From Felis catus (Eukaryota): a stretch of DNA of 64,000 bases. The position numbers were made by a program, and so were the translations under genes. Shown here piece after piece: positions 36,081 through 48,704 of this stretch. How positions within the stretch are numbered: position 1 is the first letter of the stretch; each line of letters opens with the position of its first letter. Below the pieces are notes generated by a model. It did no database searches. It was not told where the DNA came from and saw nothing but the letters and a program-made list of their open reading frames with translations. Where the stretch lies: contig NC_058368.1 of NCBI RefSeq assembly GCF_018350175.1, forward strand, positions 23,066,001-23,130,000. Direction: 5' to 3'.

Positions 36081-36561
36081 AGAAACGAAACAGATGAACG
36101 TATGGGAAGGGTGGGGGGAAGAGAAGAGAGGGAAACAAACCACAAGAGACTCTTAAAAAATTTTTTTTAATGTTTATTTATTTTTGAGAGAAAGAGAGAG
36201 AGAGAGAGAAAAAATATGAGTGGGGGAGGGGCGAGAGAGTGGGGGACAGAGGATCTGAAGCAGGCTCTGTGCTGACAGCAGAGAGGGCTCAAACTCAAAC
36301 CGTGAGATCATGACCTGAGCCAAAGCTAGACGCTTAACCGACTGAACCACACAGCGGCCAAAACCACAAGAGACTCTTAACGATAGAGAACATACTGAGG
36401 GTTGATGGAGGGAGGTGAGTGGGGGATGGGCTAGACCGGGGATGGGTACTAAGAAGGACACTTGTGATGAGCTCTGGGTGTTGTATGTAAGTGATGAATC
36501 ATTGAATTCTACTCCTGAAACCAATATTGCATTGTATGTTAACTAAGATTTAAAGAAAAAT
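36081..36561 (+). mobile_element. Carnivore L1 3' UTR fragment containing a minus-strand Can-SINE at 36157-36359
   Basis: Homologous to the 3' UTR at 44770-45060; SINE TSD aaaccacaagagactcttaa at 36137-36156 and 36361-36380. Confidence 0.9.
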
Positions 36562-37467
36562 AAAAATGTGTTGCTTAATTTTCAAATATTTGCTTCCTTT
36601 TATTGATTTCTAGTTTGATTCCACTATAGTCAAAAAAACACATTTTGTATGATCTCAGTCCCTAGGAATTGTTTGAGCCTTGCTTTATGGCCTAGCCAAC
36701 AGTCCATTTTGATAAGTGCTCATAAGCTCTTGAAAACATGTATGTGGCAGTCGGTAAGTGCAAAGTTCTGTATATGTCAGGCCGATTTGGTTATTCTTGT
36801 TCAGGTTTTCTATATCCTTGCTGATTTTTTGTGTGCTTGTCCTGTCTGCTATGGAAAGAGGTGCGAAAATCTCCCATGATTGTTAATTTATCCGTTTCCT
36901 CTTTTCTGTCAACTTTGCTTAGCATATATTGAAACTATGCTACATTTTTCACCAGTTAATGATACGTTATAAATTATTAGGTGCGTGCAAATTGAGGACT
37001 CTTTTATCTTATGTAAATTGACATTTTTATCATTATTGAAATGTCTCTTTTTCATCTCTAGAAATATTTCTGCCCCTGAAGTCTTTGTTGTCTGATACTA
37101 ATATAGCTAAACCAGCTTTCTTGTGGTCAGTGTTGGCATGGCATATTTTTTTGTCCATTCTTTTTTCTTTAAAACTTTGTGTTTTTATATTTAAGTTGGG
37201 TCTGTAGTAAATAGCCCATCTATTTTGCTTTTTTATCCAAAAGCAATTTTGGCCTTTTAATTGGATAATCATCTATTAACATTTAATGTAATTATTGAAA
37301 TGTTTATATTTACTATCTTGTTATACGTTTCTATTTGTGTTCTTTATTCCTTTATTTCTTCTTTCTTGTCTATTTTTGGGAGACGAATCAGGTACTTTTT
37401 TTTTATTATTCTATTTTTTTAATCCTATTTTAGCCTACTGGTTATTAGCTTTTAGAGGCTCTGGATT

Positions 37468-37515
<48 letters not shown>

Positions 37516-39287
37516 AAAAGAAAGGCAAATGGTGCAGACAGGTCACCTTAATCCTGTCAAGGATTGGTTTTAGGCTTTGTTAGAATTGGTCCTTTGGGTT
37601 TACCTGCATTACCAAGCTATGGTCTTTCTGGGGTCTCAATCAGAGGTTTGGGCTATTTCCCATTGGTGGGCCTTGTACTCCACCCTCAATCTCTTCAGTC
37701 TCTGCTGCTGTAAAACCTTTGCACAGAGCTTCAGCCACCCAGCTGCTGCTTTCTGTTAGCTTTCCTGTGGTTGCGGCTGCACAGGCTTAGCTTGGGAGTT
37801 AGCAAACATCTCCATGGGAGATCGTGTCTAGCCTTCAGGGTTCACTTGTCTATAGTTCCCTCCTCTGTGAGATTTTACCACCTACATCCCAGCCACTTTG
37901 GCACCTTTGAACTCCAATCTGTCTCCTCAGCCCAATAGAATAATCAAGTTAACAGCTACTTACTCTATTCCCTGCCCTGTGAATTGGCCAGAGTGTACAT
38001 GTGCTTGATGTGTTTACCTTCTCTTAGGGATCGTCTTGGTTACCCTTCAATGCCTTCAAATGCTTGTGTTACATGTTCTGTCCAGCTGTTAATAGTTGTT
38101 TTCAGCGGGATAGTTGGTTTAATATAAACTATTCTGTTATGGCTGGAATCATAAGTTTTCCTCTATTACAATTTGGGACACTCTGTATTATAAACAAAAC
38201 ATCTAAAACAACTCAAGAACTCTGAAATCTAAAAATTTAAAAACTCTATCACCATCCTCAAGGGTTTCCAACTCAGCATTCTGTTTAGATTGAATGCTCT
38301 TCCTTTATCATCTTCAGTTTGGTTTTTTGACAGGAGCTTTGTACTTGGACTGAGAAAGTGAAGGTTTGGTTTCTAGACTTCTATATAAAAATTATATAAT
38401 CCTGGACAAAACTCTTCCTTTTACCACCTTGGTTTTATAATTAGTCAAGGAGGATGGCCATTAATGCCTGCCTGCCTTAACTCTTTTCAGGAATAAGCAA
38501 GACAATTCTTCCCCTGTCTTCCTAACAGAGATGGTGTCCCATCAGCTTAACCATGAAAGCAAGGTTCACAAGGGTGCCATCCCCATAGGGACATGGAGGC
38601 TTTCACAATTTTCCAGCACTTGGAGAATTTCTTCTCATGCCCTATTTTTCTTTTTCTCGCCTTAATTAGAGCTGTGAATCAGACACAGATATGATTGCTG
38701 TTTCTTCCGCCATCTGGGTCAGATTGTCCTGCCTAACCCTTAGAATAAAAAAGAACACAGGTGTTTGAGTGGGATGTTGGTTTGGGAGAGCTGGCTGGCC
38801 CAGTGAGCCTGACCAGAGACCATTTCCTGTAGACAGGCCATAGAGGAACCCAAACTATCAGAAAGGTTTTTGCTCAGTTTGGAAACAGAATAGAAAAAGC
38901 CATTTATGTGATTCCAAGATCAAATGGCATTAAGCTTGGACAGCCAGATGGGTATGTTGTTATGAGTGGAATTATGTTTTAGCCTTAATTTTTGGGCTTG
39001 ATGGGGCAAGGCTTTAGTGGCACAACTCCACTTTGTCTCTGACTCTGCTTTTTCTAGGTTTTATCTCTGACTAATCCCCTTCTGGTTGGGAGAGCTTTGT
39101 TTAGGTATTTTATTAAAGTCAACCCAGTTGGTGTCTTGCTGTCCATTCATGTTCAACTCACATCTCTGCTCAGATGCTTTATGTGCTCAGTTTACAGATT
39201 GGCTCTTCCAGCATTGTTGCTTCCTGTTCCTAAATTTGGGGAGAGGACCTATTATAACCTCCGTATCCAAACCTATTACATAGGTTA

Positions 39288-39360
39288 TTTATATATTTAT
39301 CTCCTTTGACCTTCACACCAGGTTCTTTATATATTTACGTCCTTTGACCTTCACCCCAGT
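39288..39360. repeat. Imperfect tandem duplication (period 38) at the start of a MIR remnant (to about 39510)
   Basis: tttatatatttatctcctttgaccttcacaccag and tttatatatttacgtcctttgaccttcaccccag. Confidence 0.9.
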
Positions 39361-39929
39361 CTGGAAGGTCATCACGTTCCTTTTACAGATTTAGAAACTG
39401 AGGATCACAGAGACTAAGACATCTGCTCAAGTTCACAAAGCTTGAATGGTACAGAGAATGTTCAAACTCAGGTCTGACCTCAAACTCAGAGTTCTGCCTT
39501 CTGCTGTTGCTGCAAAGTAAGTACTACATGGGTGAATCACTCAAATTCTCATGTCACCTGCAGAAGAAAAGGGACCTAAAAAATAGTAATTTAGTCAAAG
39601 AACCCTCCAATCTAGCATACCTTCATGTCTTTCTATCTTAATTCATGTGTCTCTTCCTAGAATTCTGCTCCTATTTACTGATTACTTACTATGCTGAGAA
39701 CACATCGAGTATGAGTAGGGACAACCTACTCATTCTCATTTAGCAGCTTGTTAAATTACGACATTTTTCATCGTCCAAATGTGCATAACTTTTGACCAGC
39801 TGTTCTACTTTAGGAATTATACACATATGCTCATAAAGCTACAGTCTAAGCATATTGATAAACATACAAGGAAATGCAAAGTCTGCAACTTCAAATTGAT
39901 TTAAGTCCATAAACAAATAAAAAACTACT

Positions 39930-40535
39930 ATCATTCAGGTTTCTACCTGAACCAGTAGTGTGCATGTGTATGTGTGTGTGTATTGTATTGTTTTATTCAT
40001 GACAGAGAGATTTATTACAAGGAGTTGGCTTATGCAGTTGTGTAGCTGGCTAGGCAAGTCTGAAATCTGTAGGGCAGGTCAACAGGAAGGGGAGGCTGGA
40101 AAAGTTTAGGCAGAAGCTGATGCTATAATTCCACAGGTGGATTTCTTTTCCCTCAGAGAAACTGCAGGTTTGCTTTATTTTTATTTTTATTTTTTTTAAC
40201 GTTTATTTTATTATTAAGAGACAGAGCGTGAATAGGGGAGGGGCAGAGAGAGAGGGAGACACAGAATCTGAAGCAGGCTCCAGGCTCTGAGCTGTCAGCA
40301 CAGAGCCCAATGCAGGGCTTGAACTCATGGACCCCGAGATCATGACCTGAGCCGAAGTTGGATGCTTAACTGACTGAGCCACCCAGGTGCCCCAAAAGTA
40401 ATCCCCCTTTACTTAAAGTCAATTTAAGTAAATTTTAATCCCACATACAGAGTGCCTTCACAGCAACACCTAGACTGGTGTTTGACTGAATGATGGGGTA
40501 CTATAACCTGACCACAGCATAAAAGAAACTAGCAC
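39930..40535 (-). mobile_element. ERVL solo LTR (MLT2D-like) containing a minus-strand Can-SINE at 40174-40393
   Basis: gagatttattacaaggagttggcttatgcagttgtg...ggcaagtctgaaatctgtagggcagg; ccttcacagcaacacctagactggtgtttga. Confidence 0.85.
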
Positions 40536-40639
40536 AAGAGGGTAAACTATCAGTAGAAATGGTAAATAGAGATGATCAGCAAGCTATAGTAATATGGAAA
40601 AACATTTTAAAAACAGGTTAAAATATGTTACTAAAGTAT

Positions 40640-41280
40640 GTTGTTAAAGCATGCATTCAATGGAAGAAACAGAGAAGCTAAATCAAAGTGTTTGAATAAT
40701 AAATTTATTGGTTTACAGCACAGGAAAACCAGAAATAGGGTGGAGTGCTTTGGCTCTGGCCATCTGTATGGCCCTCTGTCCTTTGCTGGCTCCATGCTCT
40801 GTTGCTTGACAGGTGGCTGCCCCAGTTCCAGGCCTCATCTGCATGAGGAAGAGAGAGATCATATCTTCCTGTTACTCTCTGAAGAGTAAGAAACTTATTA
40901 AGTGCCTCCAGCAAACCTCCTTTTAAATCCCATTGGCCTGAGTTGATCATGGGTCCATATTTGGGCTAATCTTGTGACTAGTGAATACCGTGCACTAATA
41001 GACTTAGCCTTGAGGTCCAGAGTCAGTCAGTAATGAGGGGAATGGAAGGTCATGATTGCCTTAGGCTACAGCCTCCTGATCTTTTTGACAAGTAATAGTG
41101 CCCATATGGCTGACAGACTGGAACAGCTCAAAGCAAGCACCCTGGGGCTCCAGACCTCCCAGGGTCCACCTGGCTATCTCAAGGGATAAATATCTCTACA
41201 CACCAATGGGTAGCAACTTGTATGTTGCATTAGACCAATTAGGAACCACCCCATAGGGAAAGAGTCTATCCCCAAACTAT
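40640..41280 (-). mobile_element. Degenerate MaLR LTR (MLT1K-like)
   Basis: ggtggctgccccagttccaggcctca...cccattggcctgagttgatcatg. Confidence 0.5.
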
Positions 41281-41541
41281 GAGACTTCTACCCAGTGGAG
41301 GAAGAGTGGACTGGTTAGTAATAACATAGTGGATAATAAGGAGAGGGGAGCATACAAGAAGGGTCCAAGGATGTTTTCCAAGGTTCCAGTTTCAGTAACT
41401 GGGTAGACGCCAGTGTGTAAACTAGAGCTGGATAGTATTGGCTCATGGAGCAAACTTTTTGTGTCTTGCCCCAATTCTGTATTGAGTGATGTCTCAGAAA
41501 TTGACAAATGCCACAAATCAGTGTTTTCCTCTAGAAATCAG

Positions 41542-41770
41542 TTTTTTTTTTTTAATTTTTTTTTCAACGTTTTTTATTTATTTTTGGAACAGAGAGAGAC
41601 AGAGCATGAACGGGAGAGGGGCAGAGAGAGAGGGAGACACAGAATCGGAAGCAGGCTCCAGGCTCTGAGCTGTCAGCACAGAGCCTGACGCGGGGCTCGA
41701 ACTCACGGACCGCGAGATCGTGACCTGGCTGATGTCCGACGCTTAACCGACTGCGCCACCCAGGCGCCCC
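41542..41770 (-). mobile_element. Young SINEC_Fc
   Basis: CpGs intact; TSD ctctagaaatcagttttt. Confidence 0.96.
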
Positions 41771-41889
41771 TCTAGAAATCAGTTTTTAAGCCTTTACCAG
41801 CACATGAAGGGAGTGTCATGTCCCAAGATAGACACATTCGTGATGCAACAGGTTTGCTTTTTATTTACCTGTTGGGAATCCTGCTCATT

Positions 41890-42148
41890 GTTTTTTTATT
41901 TATTTATTTATTATTTATTTATTTATTTATTTTTAAAATTTTTTTAAACGTTTATTTATTTTTGAGACAGAGAGAGACAGAGCATGAACAGGGGAGGGTC
42001 AGAGAGAGGGAGACACAGAATCGGAAACAGGCTCCAGGCTCTGAGCTGTCAGCACAGAGCCCGACGTGGGGCTGGAACTCACGGACCTCGAGATCATGAC
42101 CTGGGCCGAAGTCAGCCGCTTAACCGACTGAGCCACCCAGGCGCCCCT
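41890..42148 (-). mobile_element. SINEC_Fc with (TTTA)n tail
   Basis: Full antisense body. Confidence 0.95.
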
Positions 42149-42499
42149 CATTTTTTTTTAAATTGAGGTGAAATTCACATAATGTAAAATTCACCATCTT
42201 ACCCATCCTTTTTTGAAGTGTATTCAAGCTCATGGTTATTGTATCTTTATTGATTATAACATTTTATTTTTGAGAAGGTAACACATTTATGTTCAGAAGG
42301 TACAAAAGAATATCCAATAAAAAGCAGCCCTCCTGTTTCTGTTGCCCAGCCATCTAATTTCCTGCCCTAGAGAAAACCCAGGGTAATGGATCTTTAGGGA
42401 TACTTTCTGAAAATTCTTAATAAATCAATTCTTAGAATATTTTTAACCACACACACTGCTCTGGCCTTGCTTTCCTTTATCTAACAAAACATCTTGGGT

Positions 42500-45062
42500 G
42501 ATTCCAAAACCAAACAAAGACCTCACTAAAAAGGAGAACTACAGATCTATTTCCCTGATCAACACGGATGCAAAAATCCTCAACTCTTAAGATACTAGTC
42601 AATCAGACCCAACAATACATTAAAAGAATTATTCATCACAGTCAAGTGGGATTTATACCTGGGATGCAGGGCTGGTTCAATATCCACAAATCAATCAATG
42701 TGACACATTGCATTAATAAAAGAAAGGACAGGAACCACATGGCCCTCTCAATAGATGCAGAGAAAGCACTTGACAAAATACAGCATCGTTTCTTGATAAA
42801 AATCCTCAAGAAAGTAGGGATAGAAGGATTATACCTCAAGATCATAAACGCCATATATAAGAGACCCACTGCTAATATCACCCTCAATGGGGAAAAACTG
42901 AAAGCTTTCCCCCTAAGGTCAAAAACACGACGGGGATGTTTGCTTTCACCACTGTTATTCAACATAGTATTGGAAGTCTTAGCCTCAGCAATCAGACAAC
43001 ACAAAGAAATAAAAGGCATCCAAATCATCAAGGAGGAAGTCAAGCTCTCACTCTTCGCAGACAACATGTTACTGTATGTGGAAAACTCAAAAGATTCCAC
43101 CAAAAAACTGCTAGAACTGATCCATGAATTAAGCAAAGTCACAGGATATAAAATCAATGCACAGAAATCAGTTGCATTTCTATACTCTAATAATAAAGCA
43201 ACAGAAAGAGAAATCAAGAAATTGATCCCATTTACAATTGCACCAAAAACCATAAAATACCTAGGAATAAACCTAACCAAAGAGGTGACAAATGTATACA
43301 CTGAAAACTATAGAAAGCTTGTAAAAGAAATTGAAGAAGACACACACCAAAAAATGGGAAAATATCCCATGCTCATGGATTGGAAGAACAAATATTGTTG
43401 ATAGTACCCAAAGTAATCTACATATTTAATGCAATCCCTGTCAAAATAACACCAACATTCTTCACAGGGTTAGAACAAACAATCCTAAATTTTGTATGGA
43501 ACCTGAAAAGACTCCGAATAGCCAAAGCAATCCTGAAAAAGAAAACCAAAGCTGGAGGCATCACAATCCCGGACTTCAAGATGTATTACAAAGCTGTAAT
43601 CATCAAGAAAGTGTGGCACTGGCACCATAACAGACAGTCAGATCAATGGAACATAATAGAGAACCCAGAAATGGACCCACAACTATATGGTCAAATAATC
43701 TTCAACAAAGCAGGAAAGAATATCCAGTGGAATAAAAACAGTCTCTTCAGAAAATGGTGTTGGGAAAACTGGAGAGCAACATGCAGAAAAATGAACCTGG
43801 GCCACTTTCTTACACCATACACAAAAATAAACTCAAAATGGATGAAAGACCTAAATGTAAGACAGGAAGCCATCAAAATCCTAGAGGAGAAAGCAGGCAA
43901 AAACCTCTTTGACCTCAGCTGCAGCAGCTTCTTACTCAACACGTCTCTTGAGGCAAGGGAAACAAAAGCAAAAATGAACTATTGGGACCTCAACAAGATA
44001 AAAAGCTTCTGCACAGTGAAGGAAACAATCAGCAAAACTAAAAGGCAACCGACAGAATGGGAGAAGATATTTGCAAATGACATATCCGATAAAGGGTTAG
44101 TATCCAAAATCTATAAAGAACTTCTCAAACTCAACACCTGAAAAACAAATAATCCAGTGAAGAAATGGGCAAAAGACATGAATAGACAATTTTCCAAAGA
44201 AGACATCCAGATGGCTAACAGACACATGAAAAAATGTTCAACATGGCTCATTATCAGGGAAATACAAATCAAACCTCAATGAGATACCACCTCACACCAG
44301 TCAGAATGGCTAACATTAACAACTCAGGCAACAACAGATGTTGGCGAGGATGCAGAGAAAGAGGATCTCTTTTGTACTGCTGGTGGGAATGCAAGCTGGT
44401 GCAGCCACTCTGGAAAACAGTATGGCGGTTCCTCCAAAAATTGAAAATAGAACCACCCTATGACCCAGCAATTGCACTAGTAGGTATTTATCTAAGGGAT
44501 ACAAGTGTGCTGTTTCAAAGGGACACATGCACCCCAATGTTTATATAGCAGCTCTATCAACAATAGCCAAAGTATGGAAGGAGCCCAAATGTCTGTGGAC
44601 AAATGAATGGATAAAGAAGATGTGGTATAAATATGCAATGGAGTTTTACCTGGCCATCAAAAAGAATGAAATCTTGCCATTTGCAACAATGTGGATGGAA
44701 CTAGAGGGTATTAGGCCAAGCGAAATTAGTCAGAGAAAGACAAATATCACATGACTTTACTCATATGAGAACTTTAAGATACAAAACAGATGAACATAGG
44801 GAAAGGGAAGCAAAAAATATAAAAACAGGGAGGAGGACAAACCATAACAGATTCTTAAATATAGAGAACAAACCGAAGGTTGCTGGAGGGTTTGTGGGTA
44901 GGGGGATGGCTAAATGGACAAGGAGCATTAAGGAAGACACTTGTTGGAATGAGCACTGGGTGTTATACATAGGGGATGAATTACTGGATTCTACTTCTGA
45001 AATCATTATTGCACTATATGCTATGGATATAAATTTAAAAATAAAAATAAATTAAAAAAAAA
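42500..45062 (+). mobile_element. 5'-truncated carnivore LINE-1: ORF2 RT to C-terminus, 3' UTR and A tail; inactive
   Basis: ORFs 42568-43401, 43380-44141 and 44234-44548 are consecutive ORF2 pieces ([43 protein letters not shown]); TSD aaaacatcttg at 42486-42496 and 45063-45073. Confidence 0.97.
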
Positions 45063-45073
45063 AAAACATCTTG

Positions 45074-46200
45074 AGGATGGTTCCATACCAGTACCTACAG
45101 AACCTCCTTTTTTTTTTTTTTTTTAACAGCTACAATGTAATCCATACACATACAGTTACTATGAATGACTTTAAACATCCTTCTTTTTGCATCTATGTGG
45201 ATGTATCTTTTGGACCCATTCCTACAAGCAGAATTACTGGTCAAAGATTATGTATATTTGGAAGTTGAAAGATGTTGTTAAATTGCCTTCTGCCGATACT
45301 GCACTGGTTTGCATTTTCATTACAATTTGCCTGTTTCCTCACAGCTCTGCCCACAAAGTAGGTCTTCAAATTTCTTATTCTTTGTCAATCTGATAGGAAA
45401 AAAAATGGTATATCAGTGTAATATAAATTTCCTTTCCTTTTATTATATGTAAGGTTGTGCATCTTTTTATATGTTCATGGGCCATTTCTGTATCTTTTTT
45501 TTTTTTGGTAAACTATCTGCTTGTATCCTTTCCCATTTACTCTATTGGGTTTTGGTACTTTGAAAATTAAATATTAGAAGTTCTTTTTATCTGAAGGAAA
45601 TTATACTCAAACACTTTTTTCCTTTTTGTCATTCATCTTTTGGCTTTGTTTCTGGTGGTTTTCCCATGCAGGTCTTTTTCTGTTTTTAAAATTTTTTATG
45701 TAGTTGAATCTACCACTTTCACATAGTAGAATCTTTGATAGCTTCCTGTTTTTTTTTTAATTTTTTTAACATTTATTTATTATTGAGAGACAGAGAGACA
45801 CAGAGCGTGAGCAGGGGAGGGGCAGAGAGAGGGGGAGACACAGAATCTGAAGTAGGATCCAGGTTCTGAGCTGTCAGGACAGAGCCCGACACGGGGCTCA
45901 AACTCACAAATTGCAAGATCATGACCTGAGCTGAAGTCGGTCGCTTAACCAACTGAGCCACCAGGCAACCCTATAGCTTCTTGGTTTTATTGTAATACTT
46001 CTTCACTCCAGAAATTATTAAAAATGTAACACAGTTTTTTCTAGTCCTTATATGTTTTCATTTTTACATTTAAATCTCTGCTTCATTTGGACTTTGTTCT
46101 ACTTTTATTATTTTTTCCATGTGGCCATACAGTTGCCTCAATATTATGTGTTGAATAATCCATTTTTCTCCGTTGTTTTAAATGCCACCTTTAGGCATTA
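45074..46200 (-). mobile_element. Old L1ME-like element (continues at about 42150-42490) containing a minus-strand Can-SINE at 45749-45971
   Basis: T-rich antisense L1 text (ggtatatcagtgta..., gttgtgcatctttttatatgttcatgggccattt). Confidence 0.7.
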
Positions 46201-47729
46201 ATTTATAGAAGAGAAATTAGGAAGAGGTATGATACCTGCCATTTAGACCCGAGAGCCAGCCCTTGCTGTCTTTGGGAAGTGACAGTAGAGGGATGTAGCT
46301 ACCTGCTTGACCCAGATTTCTCTGTTTGCTTTAATTTCCTATTAAGAATTCTGTGTGTGGCAGGGATGGGACAGGGAATGCAAAAGTTTTCTTAGGATAG
46401 TTGGGAAACTGAGTTACATAATGTGTCGATTTTTGTTGTTCCTTTTGTTCTTTTTTTTTTTTTCTGGAGGGGGAGGTCATATATATGAGAGAAGAAACTG
46501 CAGAACTAAGCTACTTCTTGCTTTCAACGACTTGGTTACTTCCTCCCTTTATCAAGAAGTTTCTTGTCTATTTCTTGGGTAACCTCAATTTTGCTATGAA
46601 CTGAAACTATAGAGAACAAGAACAGGAATGGTGAATACTGTATTAAACAATCTATTTCATAGTAAGTAAAATTCCTACTTGTAAGAGAAAACATTTTGAA
46701 CACTGTTTTGGAGAATGGAGAATTTCCTAGTAACTACAGCTTATCATGGCTCAGAATCTGCAGAAATGAGACCTTTAACGGTCATTGTTTATGAGGTCAG
46801 GAAAAGAAAAAAAAAAGGAGGAACTGCAGAGAGCTGACAGAGTGACCGGACATTGTGGCTCTGTCACATGTTTATCTCCAGAAATGGTCTCGGACCAGCA
46901 GACAAAGACTTGTTGGTCTGAGGAGGTGAATGGCCCAGGAATTTTGCTTATTCTTTGTTGTGCCGTCTCCACACAACAGGGTCCTGAGCTGCTGAGTGGA
47001 GCTGAGAGATGATACGCAGCCTATTGGGTAGCTTGTGGTGGCATCCCTACTTCAGGGAGAAGAAGGCTTGGCGAGTTGAGGCTTAAAAATACAACTAACT
47101 TTATCATCCAAAGCATGACCCAACACCTAAAGAACCTGGGATGGCCTTCTCCCTTCTTCTGTCAATATATTCTGCCTACATATTCCCGTAGTAGCTCCTT
47201 TATACTTTGTGGGGTCCTTGGTGTTAATTTCAATTTGATTTCATTTACGTGTGTTTAGGTGGGGAAAATGGGGTCAGCAGGTAGGAGAGGCACACTGTGT
47301 TGTCCCAATCCCATTGAATGATTCTGGGTTCCCTTTCATATCTGCCTTTACAAGGGAAATCTCAGGTAGAATAAAAATAGAGAGCAAGCTGGGGCATCTT
47401 TGGCTGCTGTTTCCCCTTAGTAGGTTATTGACCAGGAATGACTTCGGCATAATAGAAGCTTATTCTTTGCAAAACCAGGAAGTAGAGGAATCTTGTCCTT
47501 GGTTTTTTCGAACCCCCAACTCACCTCTTACTGCCTTCTCACACTCTCTTGGTGGTCCTGTGGCCCTTAGTACCTGATACACAATCCCCTTCATCTTAGT
47601 CTTGAGACAGGGGTCAGGACATTCTCTCCTGTCATCGCCACTAGGCTATCAAGCAAAAATGACCAACATACTAAAGTAACCTCACCCTCAAGTAAAATAT
47701 GAAACCTATGTTATGTAAAGAAAACACAA

Positions 47730-47946
47730 GGGGTGCCTGGGTGGCTCAGTTGGTTAAGCATCCGACTTCAGCTCAGGTCGTGTTCTCATGGTTCGTGAGT
47801 TCGAGCCCCATGTTGGGGTCTGTGCTGACAGCTCAAGCCTGGAGACTGCTTCAGATTCTGTGTCTCCCTCTCTCTGCTCCTCCCCTGTTCGCACTCTCTC
47901 TCTCTCTCTCTCAAAAAATAAACATTTAAAAAAATTAAAAAAAAAA
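47730..47946 (+). mobile_element. Can-SINE
   Basis: TSD aaagaaaa(c/t)acaa. Confidence 0.93.
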
Positions 47947-48307
47947 GAAAATACAAAACCATTAAGCATAACATAAACACAAATCACATTCTTAAAATGT
48001 TGGCCTCTTGAAGAGGAGAAGAAAGAGAATGTATTAGCAGAGGAAATAGGGAAAAAGAAAGAGACAGGATATAGGCGAAAGCCATGGATTCAGCAGAGAA
48101 AAGCAACCGTGTTGACTCATATACACTCACTTCTCTCTGAAGTATCAAAATATTAAAAAAAACAACTATTTCCAGCTTTCCATTGCTTTCATTCTCAACT
48201 GTTGGTTCTGATTGAGCAACCAAATCATCATCTTCAGTGGAAATCATTTTCTAACCTCAAAAACAGGAACTGAAGTTAACTACAGCAAGGTCCTGTCAGA
48301 AGCCAGA

Positions 48308-48704
48308 TGATAAGAGCCGAATGCCTGTGTTTTCCCAAAATTCACACGTTGTAGCCCTGATCCCCAGGGTGATGGCATTTGGAAGTGGGGCCTTTGGAAA
48401 GTAATTAGGTTTAGAGGAGATCATGAGAGTGGGATCTTCATGATGGGATAAATGTCTTTATAAGAAGAGGAAAACAGTGAGATCTTGTCCCTCCATGGGC
48501 TGAAAAAAGGCCATATGAGGTCATGTAGATGACCACCACATGTGAGTGGTCATCTACAAGTTAGGAAGGGTTCTTATCAGAACTAAGTGTGTTGGCACCT
48601 GGATCTTGGACTTCCACCCTTCAGAACTGTGAGAAATAAATGTCTATGGGTTAAGTCACCCAGTCTATGACATTTTGTTATAGCAGCCTGAGATGACTAA
48701 GACA
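48308..48704 (+). mobile_element. MaLR solo LTR (MLT1A-like)
   Basis: cccaaaattcacacgttg...ggggcctttgg...cagaactgtgagaaataaatgtc...ttttgttatagcagcctgagatgactaagaca. Confidence 0.88.

Larger units (their letters stand above)
35500..38150 (-). mobile_element. Old L1M fragments (endonuclease region and upstream), interrupted by younger inserts and a (TG)n at about 37472-37511
   Basis: ORF track 37033-37272 (ICHANTDHKKAGLAILVSDNKDF) and 35579-35851 (NNNENMTYQNIW) are L1 ORF2 N-terminal motifs. Confidence 0.8.

Noticed and set aside
42642..43301. 219-aa minus-strand ORF
   Set aside because: Antisense shadow of L1 ORF2
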